From Candidatus Dojkabacteria bacterium (GTDB lineage: Bacteria; Patescibacteriota; Dojkabacteria; JAFGLO01): 57,550 bases of DNA. The notes under the pieces are model-generated. The model was not told where the DNA came from and made no database searches. It worked only from the letters and a program-made list of their open reading frames with translations. The position numbers were made by a program, and so were the translations under genes. How positions within the stretch are numbered: position 1 is the stretch's first letter; every line of letters starts with the position of its first letter. The stretch lies in NCBI GenBank assembly GCA_016927995.1, contig JAFGLO010000001.1, positions 1-57,550 of the forward strand, in the 5' to 3' direction. This document shows positions 19,554-28,760 of this stretch, piece by piece.

Positions 19554-20737
19554 TTAATAATTAATTCATCCATTCCAACAACAAGCTCTTTTACAACCCC
19601 CTTTAGAGTTATCTGACCCAATGGAAACCTTATTCTTTCACCGTTTTCATTAGTCAACATAAACACATCACCCGAATTAGTAACAAGGCAGTTGCCCGAA
19701 ACAGAGCCGCAAGCGCAAAGATATATCTCCCCTGAAAATTCCTCTCCACTGCCATCTATCTGCTCATAAAAGTCGGCACTTAGAAACTCGTCATTTCGGT
19801 TAAAATCGATCTTAATCATTGAGCCGGCAGCAACCGTAAACACAATCAAAAGGCTTATCATTGCTTTCCAGAACAGGCTTTCTCTTGCCTTAACTCCCGC
19901 TACCAAAGGAACGTAACCCTCTCTCGGATATTTAAAAAGTCCTTGTGTAAACACATAAAACACAAAAAGCTCAAAGGCAAATGGAATGTACCCCAAATAC
20001 CCAAGTAGCGGCATTTCAAAAATCTTTAAGAATCCAACATATGGAACTTCATACACCCACTTAGGATCGGCTCTAAAATTCCACATTTCCCAGAAAAATC
20101 CACACACAAGCATTGATAATCCCAAGTAAAACGCTCTTGTCCAATCGGCTTTCATTGCATCCTTTGTTAGGCTGTCGCGTCCCATCCAGAAGTTTATAGG
20201 GTCAAGAATAAAAAATCCTATCATCCACAAAAACGGAAAAAAGTAGTTTGGCCAAATTGATACAAGTGCAACTGCAACAATACCTACTACAAAAAATGTG
20301 GTTGGTGTTTCCTTTGACAACTTTATCCACTTTATTTTCTTCCCCAAGACATTAAATGACTTTAACAATCCACTTATCTCAAAGGCCGCAGGAATTAGCG
20401 TAGAAAAAAAGAGCGACCCGAGAAGCTTCGACTCCCAAACCGAGAGTGGTTTGGAACTTAAGTAATACCAGTTTTTTGTTGACGGAACCATAATTTCAAA
20501 TATCCACCAGAATAGCGCTGATAGTAAAAATAAAAAGAAAAATGATCTTATATTTTTTGACATCAAAGATTCTCCGCTCTTTGCGTAGTTAAGCCCATCA
20601 AGGATAAGAATAAACCCAAACCAAAGCGGGAAAAACATGTAGTAGCAAAATGGCCTTAGATGAGTCCATGAAATAATCCATGCGGTAACATTAAGCAAAA
20701 GTCCAATATAAAACCAAAACGGTAAGCGCTTTTTCAT
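19550..20737 (-). CDS. hypothetical polytopic membrane protein with a C-terminal soluble domain
   Basis: 395 aa with about 9-10 hydrophobic segments rich in F/W/L, followed by a roughly 90-aa hydrophilic tail. No motif recognised. Confidence 0.5.
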   Translation of the reverse strand: MKKRLPFWFYIGLLLNVTAWIISWTHLRPFCYYMFFPLWFGFILILDGLNYAKSGESLMSKNIRSFFFLFLLSALFWWIFEIMVPSTKNWYYLSSKPLSVWESKLLGSLFFSTLIPAAFEISGLLKSFNVLGKKIKWIKLSKETPTTFFVVGIVAVALVSIWPNYFFPFLWMIGFFILDPINFWMGRDSLTKDAMKADWTRAFYLGLSMLVCGFFWEMWNFRADPKWVYEVPYVGFLKIFEMPLLGYLGYIPFAFELFVFYVFTQGLFKYPREGYVPLVAGVKARESLFWKAMISLLIVFTVAAGSMIKIDFNRNDEFLSADFYEQIDGSGEEFSGEIYLCACGSVSGNCLVTNSGDVFMLTNENGERIRFPLGQITLKGVVKELVVGMDELIIK

Positions 20738-20907
20738 AATTTATAAGTATACAGGAAACTGGAAATTGTGAGTAGTAAACATTAAATTACCATTTGCCTG
20801 GATGATGCATAAGATTTCCCTGTTCGTCAAAATAAAACTCAGGTTGAATACTAACAAACTCAGCAAGCGATGCATCCCCCTTCCAGTGACTAGGCTCTAA
20901 GAGCTCC

Positions 20908-22056
20908 CTACCAAAATCCGTACGGGCAAACTCTAACGATTTTGCTCAACCCCATTACTGGAAAAAATGGACTTCCTGTGCTCGATCCAAACATAGATAT
21001 ACCCGCAACTGCAATTCCACACAAGATTGCAAATACATTTAATGAATTTGTTTCTTTGCTATTTTGAACAACAACGAGTCGCTGGTCAGGATCAATCCTT
21101 CGAATAAGATTTATCATATGTTTGTAAAGCCATCCTTCTGATGCTTTGGAAAAAACACCTTCATACCAATCTCTCTCCCCACCGATATCTTGGGCAGCAT
21201 CAATATCTGTTTCCAAAAATCCGGGAGGCTGATCCAACTCTCCGTTGACAGGAAGAGTTATAAGGTGACCATTGCCAGGAAACAGATACGTCCAATTCTC
21301 CATAAACCGAAATATCTCATAGATCCTTCCCATGCAGAGGTCTAACGGAAGATTAAGTGCCTGAGCTAAGAGAGTCCCCTGATAAACAATCGTGGACAAA
21401 AACCCCCTGTCCCCAAGCACAGTAAGCGGGACCCTTTCCCCACGTAACAGAGGACCAATATGATAACTTGAATGCCCAGTCAGTCCTTCTACGCAAGCAA
21501 GTCTTGAAAAACAACTATTGTCTACCACTACTTCGTCATTAAGTTCAAGTGGACCATACCCATCGGCCAGAAGTCCTTGCGCCTTTTTAGCTACCGCCAG
21601 GTGCAAGCCATTTCTACCAATCATAAAAGCGATAAGCTGCAACATGGGGTTGGTCAATCCGGCTTTTGTCACTGTCCTAAAGACTTGGCCTCTTTTAACT
21701 CCCAGATAGTCAGCGATCTCATCATCTATCGGTATTTTAGGTGGATCCTGTGTAACAAAAATATAAGGGAGTACACCATTTCCAATTTCGTCCAAGGTGG
21801 CTGCACTACCTAAAACCGTAGCCCTGGGCAAAAGCTCCATTAACGAGGATTTGCCCCCACCCGTTGGACCATCTACAGTAAATACTGAGAAATCAAACCG
21901 ACACATTACGTCTGGAACTGTATATATGGAGCGTATGAGCCCCTTGTTGACTAGCTCAAAAACAAACGCTTGAACATCACCTTCTCTAAAAGCGGTCTCA
22001 AAGAAATCAAGATCTATTGTTTCACCTGGTCTAATACCCCCCCTTGCGTTTGTCAT
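20908..22056 (-). CDS. P-loop nucleoside/nucleotide-kinase-like protein (TMPK/dNK superfamily-like) with a C-terminal hydrophobic segment
   Basis: Walker A VDGPTGGGKSS and LGDRGFLSTIVYQG, which resembles the DRxxxSxxAYQ motif of thymidylate and deoxynucleoside kinases. At 382 aa it is far longer than a TMPK. There is a C-terminal TM-like stretch, VFAILCGIAVAGISMF. Confidence 0.4.
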   Translation of the reverse strand: MTNARGGIRPGETIDLDFFETAFREGDVQAFVFELVNKGLIRSIYTVPDVMCRFDFSVFTVDGPTGGGKSSLMELLPRATVLGSAATLDEIGNGVLPYIFVTQDPPKIPIDDEIADYLGVKRGQVFRTVTKAGLTNPMLQLIAFMIGRNGLHLAVAKKAQGLLADGYGPLELNDEVVVDNSCFSRLACVEGLTGHSSYHIGPLLRGERVPLTVLGDRGFLSTIVYQGTLLAQALNLPLDLCMGRIYEIFRFMENWTYLFPGNGHLITLPVNGELDQPPGFLETDIDAAQDIGGERDWYEGVFSKASEGWLYKHMINLIRRIDPDQRLVVVQNSKETNSLNVFAILCGIAVAGISMFGSSTGSPFFPVMGLSKIVRVCPYGFW

Positions 22057-22133
22057 TCAAAGTTGTGATTACATTATAAGACAAGGGCAATTGGTGAGAT
22101 TATAACATAGCATTATGCAAATAACATTTTTGA

Positions 22134-22162
22134 TTGACACACTATATATATATATATATATA
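22134..22162 (+). promoter_or_regulatory. candidate sigma70-type promoter with the (TA)10 tract as spacer and -10
   Basis: Perfect TTGACA at 22134-22139. Exactly 17 nt downstream lies TATATA (22157-22162), the last three units of the TA tract. The ATG is at 22196. Confidence 0.3.
22143..22162. repeat. (TA)10 dinucleotide microsatellite
   Basis: 20 nt of perfect TA repeats lie in the 139-bp divergent intergenic region between 22056 and 22196. Confidence 0.95.
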
Positions 22163-22195
22163 CTTGATAAATACTAACTTTTTACATTTTCGCAA

Positions 22196-22636
22196 ATGAG
22201 ACTAGTAGAACAATCAGCTCAGTCAATAATAGATACAGAATTTCCAGACTTTGAAGGCGAGAAAAAACGCGGCTTAGTTTATGGATTACGCTTAGTAGAC
22301 ACGGAGCTCTCTTTAGAGCAAAAAATACACTTGAAAGCACCCGAAATTTCAATTAACCTTAGTAGGAACATGCTTGCTGCTCTCACACGACTAAAAGATG
22401 AAGCGATAACTCCAGACAATGGACCTTTTAATCCAGATTTTTTTCAGGGAAGTAATACGGCCGCTGTTTTAGGTGAACGATTTCTCAAAGAAGGTAAGCA
22501 CCCTGATTCAGATAAAACCCAAAGACTTTCAATATTAAGGATTCTCCTACTGGATATTAGTAAAACATTAGACCCGGATCGCTCTATTGAAACGGAAATA
22601 AACGAAGGTATAGACGCTAAAATGTTAAGTAAATAA
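22196..22636 (+). CDS. hypothetical protein
   Basis: 146-aa ORF with an ATG start and no recognisable motif. Its 3' end overlaps the uvrA 3' end by 12 nt (convergent). Confidence 0.4.
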   Translation: MRLVEQSAQSIIDTEFPDFEGEKKRGLVYGLRLVDTELSLEQKIHLKAPEISINLSRNMLAALTRLKDEAITPDNGPFNPDFFQGSNTAAVLGERFLKEGKHPDSDKTQRLSILRILLLDISKTLDPDRSIETEINEGIDAKMLSK

Positions 22637-25576
22637 CATCTTCCCAGTCCAGCTTTCCTTACAACTCTTTAACCCCTTTAAATCCCCCTGATACAAAATG
22701 TTTCCACCCTCGTCACCACCTTCTGGCCCAATATCAATAATGTAATCGGCAAGCTTAATAAAGTCCAAATTGTGTTCGATAACTACTACAGTATCACCCC
22801 TTGCAACAAGCGTCTTTAGCACCACCAGTAGATTTTCCATATCGGCAAAATGAAGCCCTGTTGTAGGCTCGTCAAGAATATAAATGGTACGCCCAAATGT
22901 TTTTCTATCAAGCTCCGAAGCAAGTTTAACCCGCTGTGCCTCACCACCTGATAAAAGCGGCGCAGGTTGACCAAGTTTCATATACGAAAGTCCTACGTCC
23001 TTCATAAGCGAAAGTTTCTCACGAATATTAGGATGAGCATCAAAAAAGTTAATACCCTCTTCAATAGACATATCTAAAACATCTGCAATATTCTTGTCTC
23101 GATAACTAACATCCAAAACCTCCTTGATATAACGCTTTCCGTGACACACCTCACAATCAACATAAACATCCGGCATAAACTGCATTTCAATTTTAATTTG
23201 ACCTTCACCTTTACACGCTTCACACCTACCACCCCGCAAGTTAAAGCTAAATCTGCTTTTGTTAAACCCACGAACTTTAGCGTCCCTGGTAAGCGCAAAA
23301 ACTTCACGAATGTCATCAAACACTTTTGTATATGTTGCAGGATTGCTCCTTGGAGTACGTCCAATTGGAGATTGATCAACAAAAACAACTCTATCAAGCT
23401 TTCCATACCCCGATATCTGTTTGTATACACCAGTATTGTCAACATTTCGGTATCCAAGCGATTCCTTAAGTGCGGGAAGCAATGTCTCGATAATAAGTGA
23501 ACTTTTCCCTGATCCCGAAACGCCTGTTACACAAGTAAATTTTCCAAAAGGAATTTCAACATCTACACCCTTCAGATTATTAGTCTTTGCCCCTTCCAAT
23601 ACAATCATTGCATTACTGTCATGTTCAAATGTTGAATCCTCATTAATTTGGGACTTAATTATCCGTTCAACATTACGCTTAACATCCTCAATTCCGGAAA
23701 GATACGGACCGGTAACGGAACTCTTATTACCCATAATTTCTTTCGGGGAACCCTCTGCTATAACTTTTCCTCCATGAACACCTGCTCCCGGGCCAAAATC
23801 AACGATATGATCTGCGCTTAGAATTGTATCTTTATCATGCTCGACCACAATAACTGTATTCCCCAACTCCCTAAGATTTAAAAGTGTATTTACAAGCCGA
23901 TGCTGATCTCTTGCATGAAGTCCTATCGAAGGCTCATCTAAAACATATAAAACACCGGTTAGACCAGTACCTATTTGGCTGGCAAGTCGAATTCGCTGTG
24001 ATTCACCGCCCGAGAGAGTAATAGAGGAACGATCTAGAGTTAAATACGATAATCCAACGTCTAAAAGAAACTTGGCTCTAGCCGAAATTTCTTTAAGCAC
24101 ACTTTGTGCAATTGCACGCCCCTGGGTATCTAGCTTTTCCGGCAAATTTACAATATGTTCGTAAAATACATCTATTGGGTAAGCCGTGATTTCGGCAATA
24201 TTTTTGCCATCAATTGTGACCATCCGAATCTCTTTTTTAAGCCTTGTGCCTTCACAAGTTTCACAGGGAATACTTGTCATATACTGTTCAATTTCACGCC
24301 TTATGTAGTCCGAACTTGTTTGGGCATATCTACGCTCTAAATTAGGAATAAGCCCTTCAAACTTTGAATTATACTGCCGCTCTTCATCTAAATCCTTTCT
24401 GTAAAATGTGATTCTAAAAATCTCTTTACCTGTTCCATATAATATTTTGTCTAGTTTTTCTTTTGGAATTTTGCCTACGGCATTTTTAAGCGGAATCTCA
24501 TATCGTTTTGCAATTTCTAAAAGCACAGACATTGTCCAACTATCGGGACTAAGCTTTGCATAAGGAATAATCCCCCCATCCAAAACCGACTTATTTGGAT
24601 CAAGAAGCTTACGCTCGTCGATCCGCCTTATAAATCCTAATCCCGTACAAACAGGACAGGCACCGTGCGGAGAGTTAAACGAGAAGTGTCTAGGTTCAAA
24701 TTCAGGAAGAGAGAGAGAGCATTTTCGGCAGGTTCTGCTTGTACTGTAATCAATTTCTTTAAGATAATTTGGGGAATCAGGAAACATTTGGGTTTTGTCC
24801 CCTACAGGAAGTACCCTTATAAACTTACTTTCTATTTTTAGTGCATTGTCAACAGCTTGGAAAAGCTTTGATCTTAGGTCTTTTTCGTCCTCCTTAAGGG
24901 TAAATTCGTAAATGTCAAAATCATCGGTTATTACCTCAAGCGTGTGCCGTTTGTTCTTGTCAGGTACCGGGATTGCCTCCATAAGATTGTATAGAATCCC
25001 GTCAAGTCGAACCTTTTCCCACCCCTGCTTTTTAAGCGATTTAAATAATGCGGAGTACTCACCTTTTTTATCCACAATCGGAACAGCTACTATGCTAAAT
25101 TTGTAACCAAAGCGATCTGAATCTTTATCGGTTTTTAAGGTATCTTTTGCCGCAGTTAAGATGTTATCAATAATCTGATCAACTGTTTGAGGCTTAAGCT
25201 CGTCACCGCAAATTGGACAGTGCGCAATACCTATTTTGGAATACAAAAGCCTTAAGTAATCATATATTTCGGTAGTGGTACCAACCGTTGAACGTGGATT
25301 GTGCGAAACGGTTTTTTGGTCAATTGCTATTGCGGGTGAAAGTCCATCAATTCTATCTACATCGGGCTTTTTAAGTACACCTAAAAACTGTCTTGCATAC
25401 GAACTTAAACTTTCCACGTATCTTCGCTGGCCTTCAGCATAAATTACATCCATTGCCAAAGATGATTTACCGGAACCCGAAAGTCCTGTAAATACAATAA
25501 GTTTATCCTTTGGAATTGAAACCGTTATGTCCTTTAAATTGTTTTCACGTGCACCGTGAACAGTAAGTGTATTCAT
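22625..25576 (-). CDS. uvrA: excinuclease ABC subunit A
   Basis: Two ABC modules (GLSGSGKSS and GVSGSGKSS), LSGGE signatures and zinc-finger Cys clusters. 983 aa is the canonical length. Confidence 0.97.
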   Translation of the reverse strand: MNTLTVHGARENNLKDITVSIPKDKLIVFTGLSGSGKSSLAMDVIYAEGQRRYVESLSSYARQFLGVLKKPDVDRIDGLSPAIAIDQKTVSHNPRSTVGTTTEIYDYLRLLYSKIGIAHCPICGDELKPQTVDQIIDNILTAAKDTLKTDKDSDRFGYKFSIVAVPIVDKKGEYSALFKSLKKQGWEKVRLDGILYNLMEAIPVPDKNKRHTLEVITDDFDIYEFTLKEDEKDLRSKLFQAVDNALKIESKFIRVLPVGDKTQMFPDSPNYLKEIDYSTSRTCRKCSLSLPEFEPRHFSFNSPHGACPVCTGLGFIRRIDERKLLDPNKSVLDGGIIPYAKLSPDSWTMSVLLEIAKRYEIPLKNAVGKIPKEKLDKILYGTGKEIFRITFYRKDLDEERQYNSKFEGLIPNLERRYAQTSSDYIRREIEQYMTSIPCETCEGTRLKKEIRMVTIDGKNIAEITAYPIDVFYEHIVNLPEKLDTQGRAIAQSVLKEISARAKFLLDVGLSYLTLDRSSITLSGGESQRIRLASQIGTGLTGVLYVLDEPSIGLHARDQHRLVNTLLNLRELGNTVIVVEHDKDTILSADHIVDFGPGAGVHGGKVIAEGSPKEIMGNKSSVTGPYLSGIEDVKRNVERIIKSQINEDSTFEHDSNAMIVLEGAKTNNLKGVDVEIPFGKFTCVTGVSGSGKSSLIIETLLPALKESLGYRNVDNTGVYKQISGYGKLDRVVFVDQSPIGRTPRSNPATYTKVFDDIREVFALTRDAKVRGFNKSRFSFNLRGGRCEACKGEGQIKIEMQFMPDVYVDCEVCHGKRYIKEVLDVSYRDKNIADVLDMSIEEGINFFDAHPNIREKLSLMKDVGLSYMKLGQPAPLLSGGEAQRVKLASELDRKTFGRTIYILDEPTTGLHFADMENLLVVLKTLVARGDTVVVIEHNLDFIKLADYIIDIGPEGGDEGGNILYQGDLKGLKSCKESWTGKMLFT

Positions 25577-25659
25577 AATTTGCTATGGGGAGAATATATC
25601 AGAAAGACAGGTTATCAATCAATTTGTCTAACTGGCCTGCGGGACAATTATACACGAAA

Positions 25660-25992
25660 TCGTAGGGACAGGTCTAGACCGACACATACAATTGTAAAGA
25701 TATATAAGATATGAAATCAGGGACACTGGACTGATGGTCTATACTGCGTGCGGGTGTTAAGTATTACTTAAGTTTTAGAGCTTACGTATAGTGAGTTAAA
25801 GTAACATCAGGACGGCTTATGACTTCGTTAGGACTCTTTGTTACATTGGAAATCCAATGATGGATTTGCAAGGAGTAGATCTACAACATGCAATCTTGTC
25901 GATCTTTGCACACACCCGCACACCCATTTTGTGAATCAACCATCAGGTAAGTGTTCCACAATACCCATGTCGGTCTAGACCTGTCCCTACGA
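25660..25992. other. rod-like nested-helix element (candidate structured ncRNA or MITE) flanked by a split REP-like palindrome
   Basis: Four nested helices: 24-25 bp perfect (25661-25684 / 25968-25991); 8 bp (25720-25727 / 25950-25957); 8 bp (25731-25738 / 25939-25946); 10 bp (25748-25757 / 25912-25921). There is also an internal hairpin, 25850-25856 / 25861-25867. No credible ORF. Confidence 0.6.
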
Positions 25993-26021
25993 AGGATTGA
26001 ATAATTATTGTATACTAGCGA

Positions 26022-26582
26022 ATGGCCAAAATATTTGTATTTAGACATACAGAAACACTTGATAACAGAAACCATATTTTTTCTGGTCATCGTGATGTGC
26101 CAATAACAGAAGAAGGTGCAAAAGATGCAAAAAAGCTTGCAAATCGTCTAAAATCCGAAAAAATACACTACGCCTTTTGCTCTCCAATGATTCGAACCCG
26201 ACAAACCCTTAAGATAGTACTAAAATATCATCCCAACGTAATAACCTGTCTTGATCCAAGAATATCCGAGCGTAGCTATGGTCTGTTGCAAGGCAAAAAT
26301 AAGGACAAATTTGCAAAACTTGCCTACCCGCTCTTTAAGCTTTTTCACCGATCGTTGCATTTTCCGGTTATGGGTGGCGAAAGCCTCAGTACCGTCCGAA
26401 AAAGAACCCTCCCATTTGCAGCCGAAATCGAGGACTTGACACTAAAAACTGGCAGAAATATAGTAATCTGTGCTCATGGTAATTCGATCAGAGGGATTCG
26501 TGAACACTTTGAGCGCCTTCCCCCAAGTCAATTTAACAAGATTGAAACAAGAGTCGGGCAACTATTTGTATATACGGTTTGA
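26022..26582 (+). CDS. histidine phosphatase family protein (phosphoglycerate-mutase-like, branch 1)
   Basis: N-terminal FVFRHTETLDN (a variant of the RHGE catalytic motif) and a later CAHGNSIRG (second catalytic His). 186 aa, TGA stop. Confidence 0.7.
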   Translation: MAKIFVFRHTETLDNRNHIFSGHRDVPITEEGAKDAKKLANRLKSEKIHYAFCSPMIRTRQTLKIVLKYHPNVITCLDPRISERSYGLLQGKNKDKFAKLAYPLFKLFHRSLHFPVMGGESLSTVRKRTLPFAAEIEDLTLKTGRNIVICAHGNSIRGIREHFERLPPSQFNKIETRVGQLFVYTV

Positions 26583-26630
26583 CTATAAACCTGACCGATC
26601 AACATATTTCCATTGTTATGTCGTAGCGAA

Positions 26631-28673
26631 TCAACTATCCAACTTTTTTATCAAATCCCTAATTTCAATGGCCCTTTCAAAATCCAAAGCATCAGCTGCA
26701 CGCTTCATTTCCATACGAAATTGTTTTTTTACACTAGATCGATCCTTTCTTGACGAAACTTTGTACGTAGCAACCATTACATCGATATCGGCACCCACAG
26801 GCTTAACAACTTTTGTTCCCTTTTCTTCAACCTTGGGTAATATTCTTTCACGTACGTCCTTTTCAATTCCCTTCGGAATAATTCCGTGCTCTTTGTTGTA
26901 TTTGAGTTGGATTTCACGTCTACGCTCCACCTCACCAATTGCAGCTTTCATACTTTTTGTTATCTGATCAGCATACATAATCACTTTTCCGTCAACATTA
27001 CGTGCAGCACGTCCCATTGTTTGAATTAGACTTGTTTTTGATCTTAAGAAACCTTCCTTGTCGGCATCCAAAACTGCAACAAGCGAGACTTCCGGTAGAT
27101 CCAGACCTTCCCTAAGTAGATTAATCCCAACTAAGACATCATATTCACCTTTTCGAAGATCGTTAAGAATATCGGAACGTTCGAGTGTATCAATATCGGA
27201 ATGAAGATACGTAACCTTAATTTTAAGATCGGCCAAATACTTTGAAAGCTCTTCCGCCATACGCTTAGTGAGCGTTGTCACAAGCACGCGTTTCCCACGA
27301 CTAATTACAGTTTGAATTTCGGCTAATAAGTCTTTTACCTGCCCATTTGCCGGTCGAATAACTACTTCCGGATCAACAAGCCCGGTTGGTCTAATGAATT
27401 GTTCGACAACATTGTCTGTCCCGGCAAGTTGAAGTTCATACAGATCAGGAGTTGCGGACATATAAATCGTGTAACCTTGTCGCTCCCTAAATTCATCAAA
27501 CTTAAGTGGGCGATTATCCATTGCTGTTGGCAATCTAAATCCATAATCGATAAGAACTTTCTTTCGAGCTTGGTCGCCATTGTACATACCTCTAACTTGA
27601 GGAAGTGTAATATGTGATTCGTCAACAATCAAAAGAAAATCTTCGCCAAAATATTCCAAAAGTGTATATGGCGGTTCTCCTAAGGTCCTTCCGTCAAAAT
27701 ATATTGAGTAATTCTCAATTCCACTGCAATATCCGACTTCTTTGATCATCTCGATATCGTATGTTACCTTTTGTTTAATTCTGTTCGCTTCCAGAATCAT
27801 TCCCCTGTCTTGAAAATATTTGACTCGCTTCTCCATATCTTCCTGGATTCGATTTATCGGACCCATTATCTTCGAATAGTCGTATACATGATGCTTGGCC
27901 GGAAAAACAACGATTTGATTAATTAACCCATCTTTCAAGAATCCCCCAAGCATTGGCAACCGTGACGCAAAATCTAAAAGCTCGTTACCCGTTAATGGAT
28001 CGAATATTTTAATACCCACCAGGGTATTCCCGTTTATAACAAATCGGATACCAATGTCGGCATATGCAGGCCACACGTCTATATTCCCACCTCTTACCCT
28101 AAAGGTGCCCCGTTGAAAATCGAATTCGTTTCTCTCGTAAAGAAGGGAAACCAAATGCTCGGACACCTCCTGCTGCGTACACTTCATTCCCACGTTAAAT
28201 GACTGCATTGCCCGTTTATATTCTTCGGGCGATCCAATATTGTATATACAGGAAACAGAAGCAACCACAATTACATCACTGCGTGTTAAAAGCGCCGCAG
28301 TTGCAGCATGCCTTAACTTATCGATCTCTTCGTTGATATCTGCATCTTTTTCTATATATAGGTCTCTTTGTGGAATATATGCCTCCGGCTGATAATAATC
28401 ATAATAACTTACAAAATACTGCACAGCATTGTTAGGAAAAAATTCCTTAAATTCCTGGTACAGTTGGGCGGCAAGTGTTTTATTGTGCGAAAGCACAAGT
28501 GTAGGTTTATTAACCTCTGCAATTACATTGGCCACTGTGAAGGTTTTACCACTTCCCGTTACTCCAAGCAGCACTTGATCCCGATGGGCCTGCTTAATTC
28601 CATCGAGTAGCTTTTTTATAGCACCGGGCTGGTCTCCTGAGGGCTTGTAATCGGATACAAGTTGGAAATTCAT
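26631..28673 (-). CDS. uvrB: excinuclease ABC subunit B
   Basis: GVTGSGKT Walker A, DESH box, helicase C motifs, and a C-terminal UVR domain (ALDFERAIEIRDLIKKL). 680 aa. Confidence 0.97.
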   Translation of the reverse strand: MNFQLVSDYKPSGDQPGAIKKLLDGIKQAHRDQVLLGVTGSGKTFTVANVIAEVNKPTLVLSHNKTLAAQLYQEFKEFFPNNAVQYFVSYYDYYQPEAYIPQRDLYIEKDADINEEIDKLRHAATAALLTRSDVIVVASVSCIYNIGSPEEYKRAMQSFNVGMKCTQQEVSEHLVSLLYERNEFDFQRGTFRVRGGNIDVWPAYADIGIRFVINGNTLVGIKIFDPLTGNELLDFASRLPMLGGFLKDGLINQIVVFPAKHHVYDYSKIMGPINRIQEDMEKRVKYFQDRGMILEANRIKQKVTYDIEMIKEVGYCSGIENYSIYFDGRTLGEPPYTLLEYFGEDFLLIVDESHITLPQVRGMYNGDQARKKVLIDYGFRLPTAMDNRPLKFDEFRERQGYTIYMSATPDLYELQLAGTDNVVEQFIRPTGLVDPEVVIRPANGQVKDLLAEIQTVISRGKRVLVTTLTKRMAEELSKYLADLKIKVTYLHSDIDTLERSDILNDLRKGEYDVLVGINLLREGLDLPEVSLVAVLDADKEGFLRSKTSLIQTMGRAARNVDGKVIMYADQITKSMKAAIGEVERRREIQLKYNKEHGIIPKGIEKDVRERILPKVEEKGTKVVKPVGADIDVMVATYKVSSRKDRSSVKKQFRMEMKRAADALDFERAIEIRDLIKKLDS

Positions 28674-28710
28674 GAATCAATTATACCCTATGCGATAACG
28701 TCATGTCGAT

Positions 28711-28739
28711 GTAGGGGTCGGTTTAAACCCGTCCCTACG
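28711..28739. repeat. REP-like palindromic repeat
   Basis: gtaggggtcggtttaaacccgtccctacg has 14-nt arms around GTTTAAAC with two G-U pairs and one mismatch. It is immediately followed by (GTAAGAA)3 at 28739-28759. Confidence 0.8.
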
Positions 28740-28760
28740 TAAGAAGTAAGAAGTAAGAAG

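Noticed and set aside
25772-25803. gttttagagct ... agttaaagt resembles the Streptococcus pyogenes type II-A CRISPR repeat / tracrRNA anti-repeat fusion (single-guide scaffold).
   Set aside because: There is no CRISPR array, spacer-like segment or cas9, IscB or TnpB gene anywhere in the 57.5 kb. The proposed repeat:anti-repeat register here is only about 7 weak A-U/G-U pairs, and it competes with alternative pairings (UUACUU/AAGUAA, GUAAC/GUUAC). The sequence after the motif does not match nexus or terminator hairpins. I keep it only as a note inside the 25.6-kb finding; a genome-wide cas search would settle it.
25660-25992. Could the structured element be RNase P RNA, tmRNA, SRP (4.5S) RNA or 6S RNA?
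   Set aside because: I cannot find the universal RNase P motifs (GAGGAAAGUCC, ACAGAA...GGCUUA in the right context), a tRNA-like T arm plus tag ORF for tmRNA, or the SRP GGAA/AGCA domain IV motif. 6S-like architecture is not excluded, but at 330 nt it is too long. Only cmscan against Rfam can decide.
25881-26090. 69-aa ORF on the minus strand spanning the right half of the structured element and the start of the phosphatase gene.
   Set aside because: It overlaps a well-supported plus-strand CDS start and the inverted-repeat arm. The product is Cys/Arg-rich nonsense with no motif.
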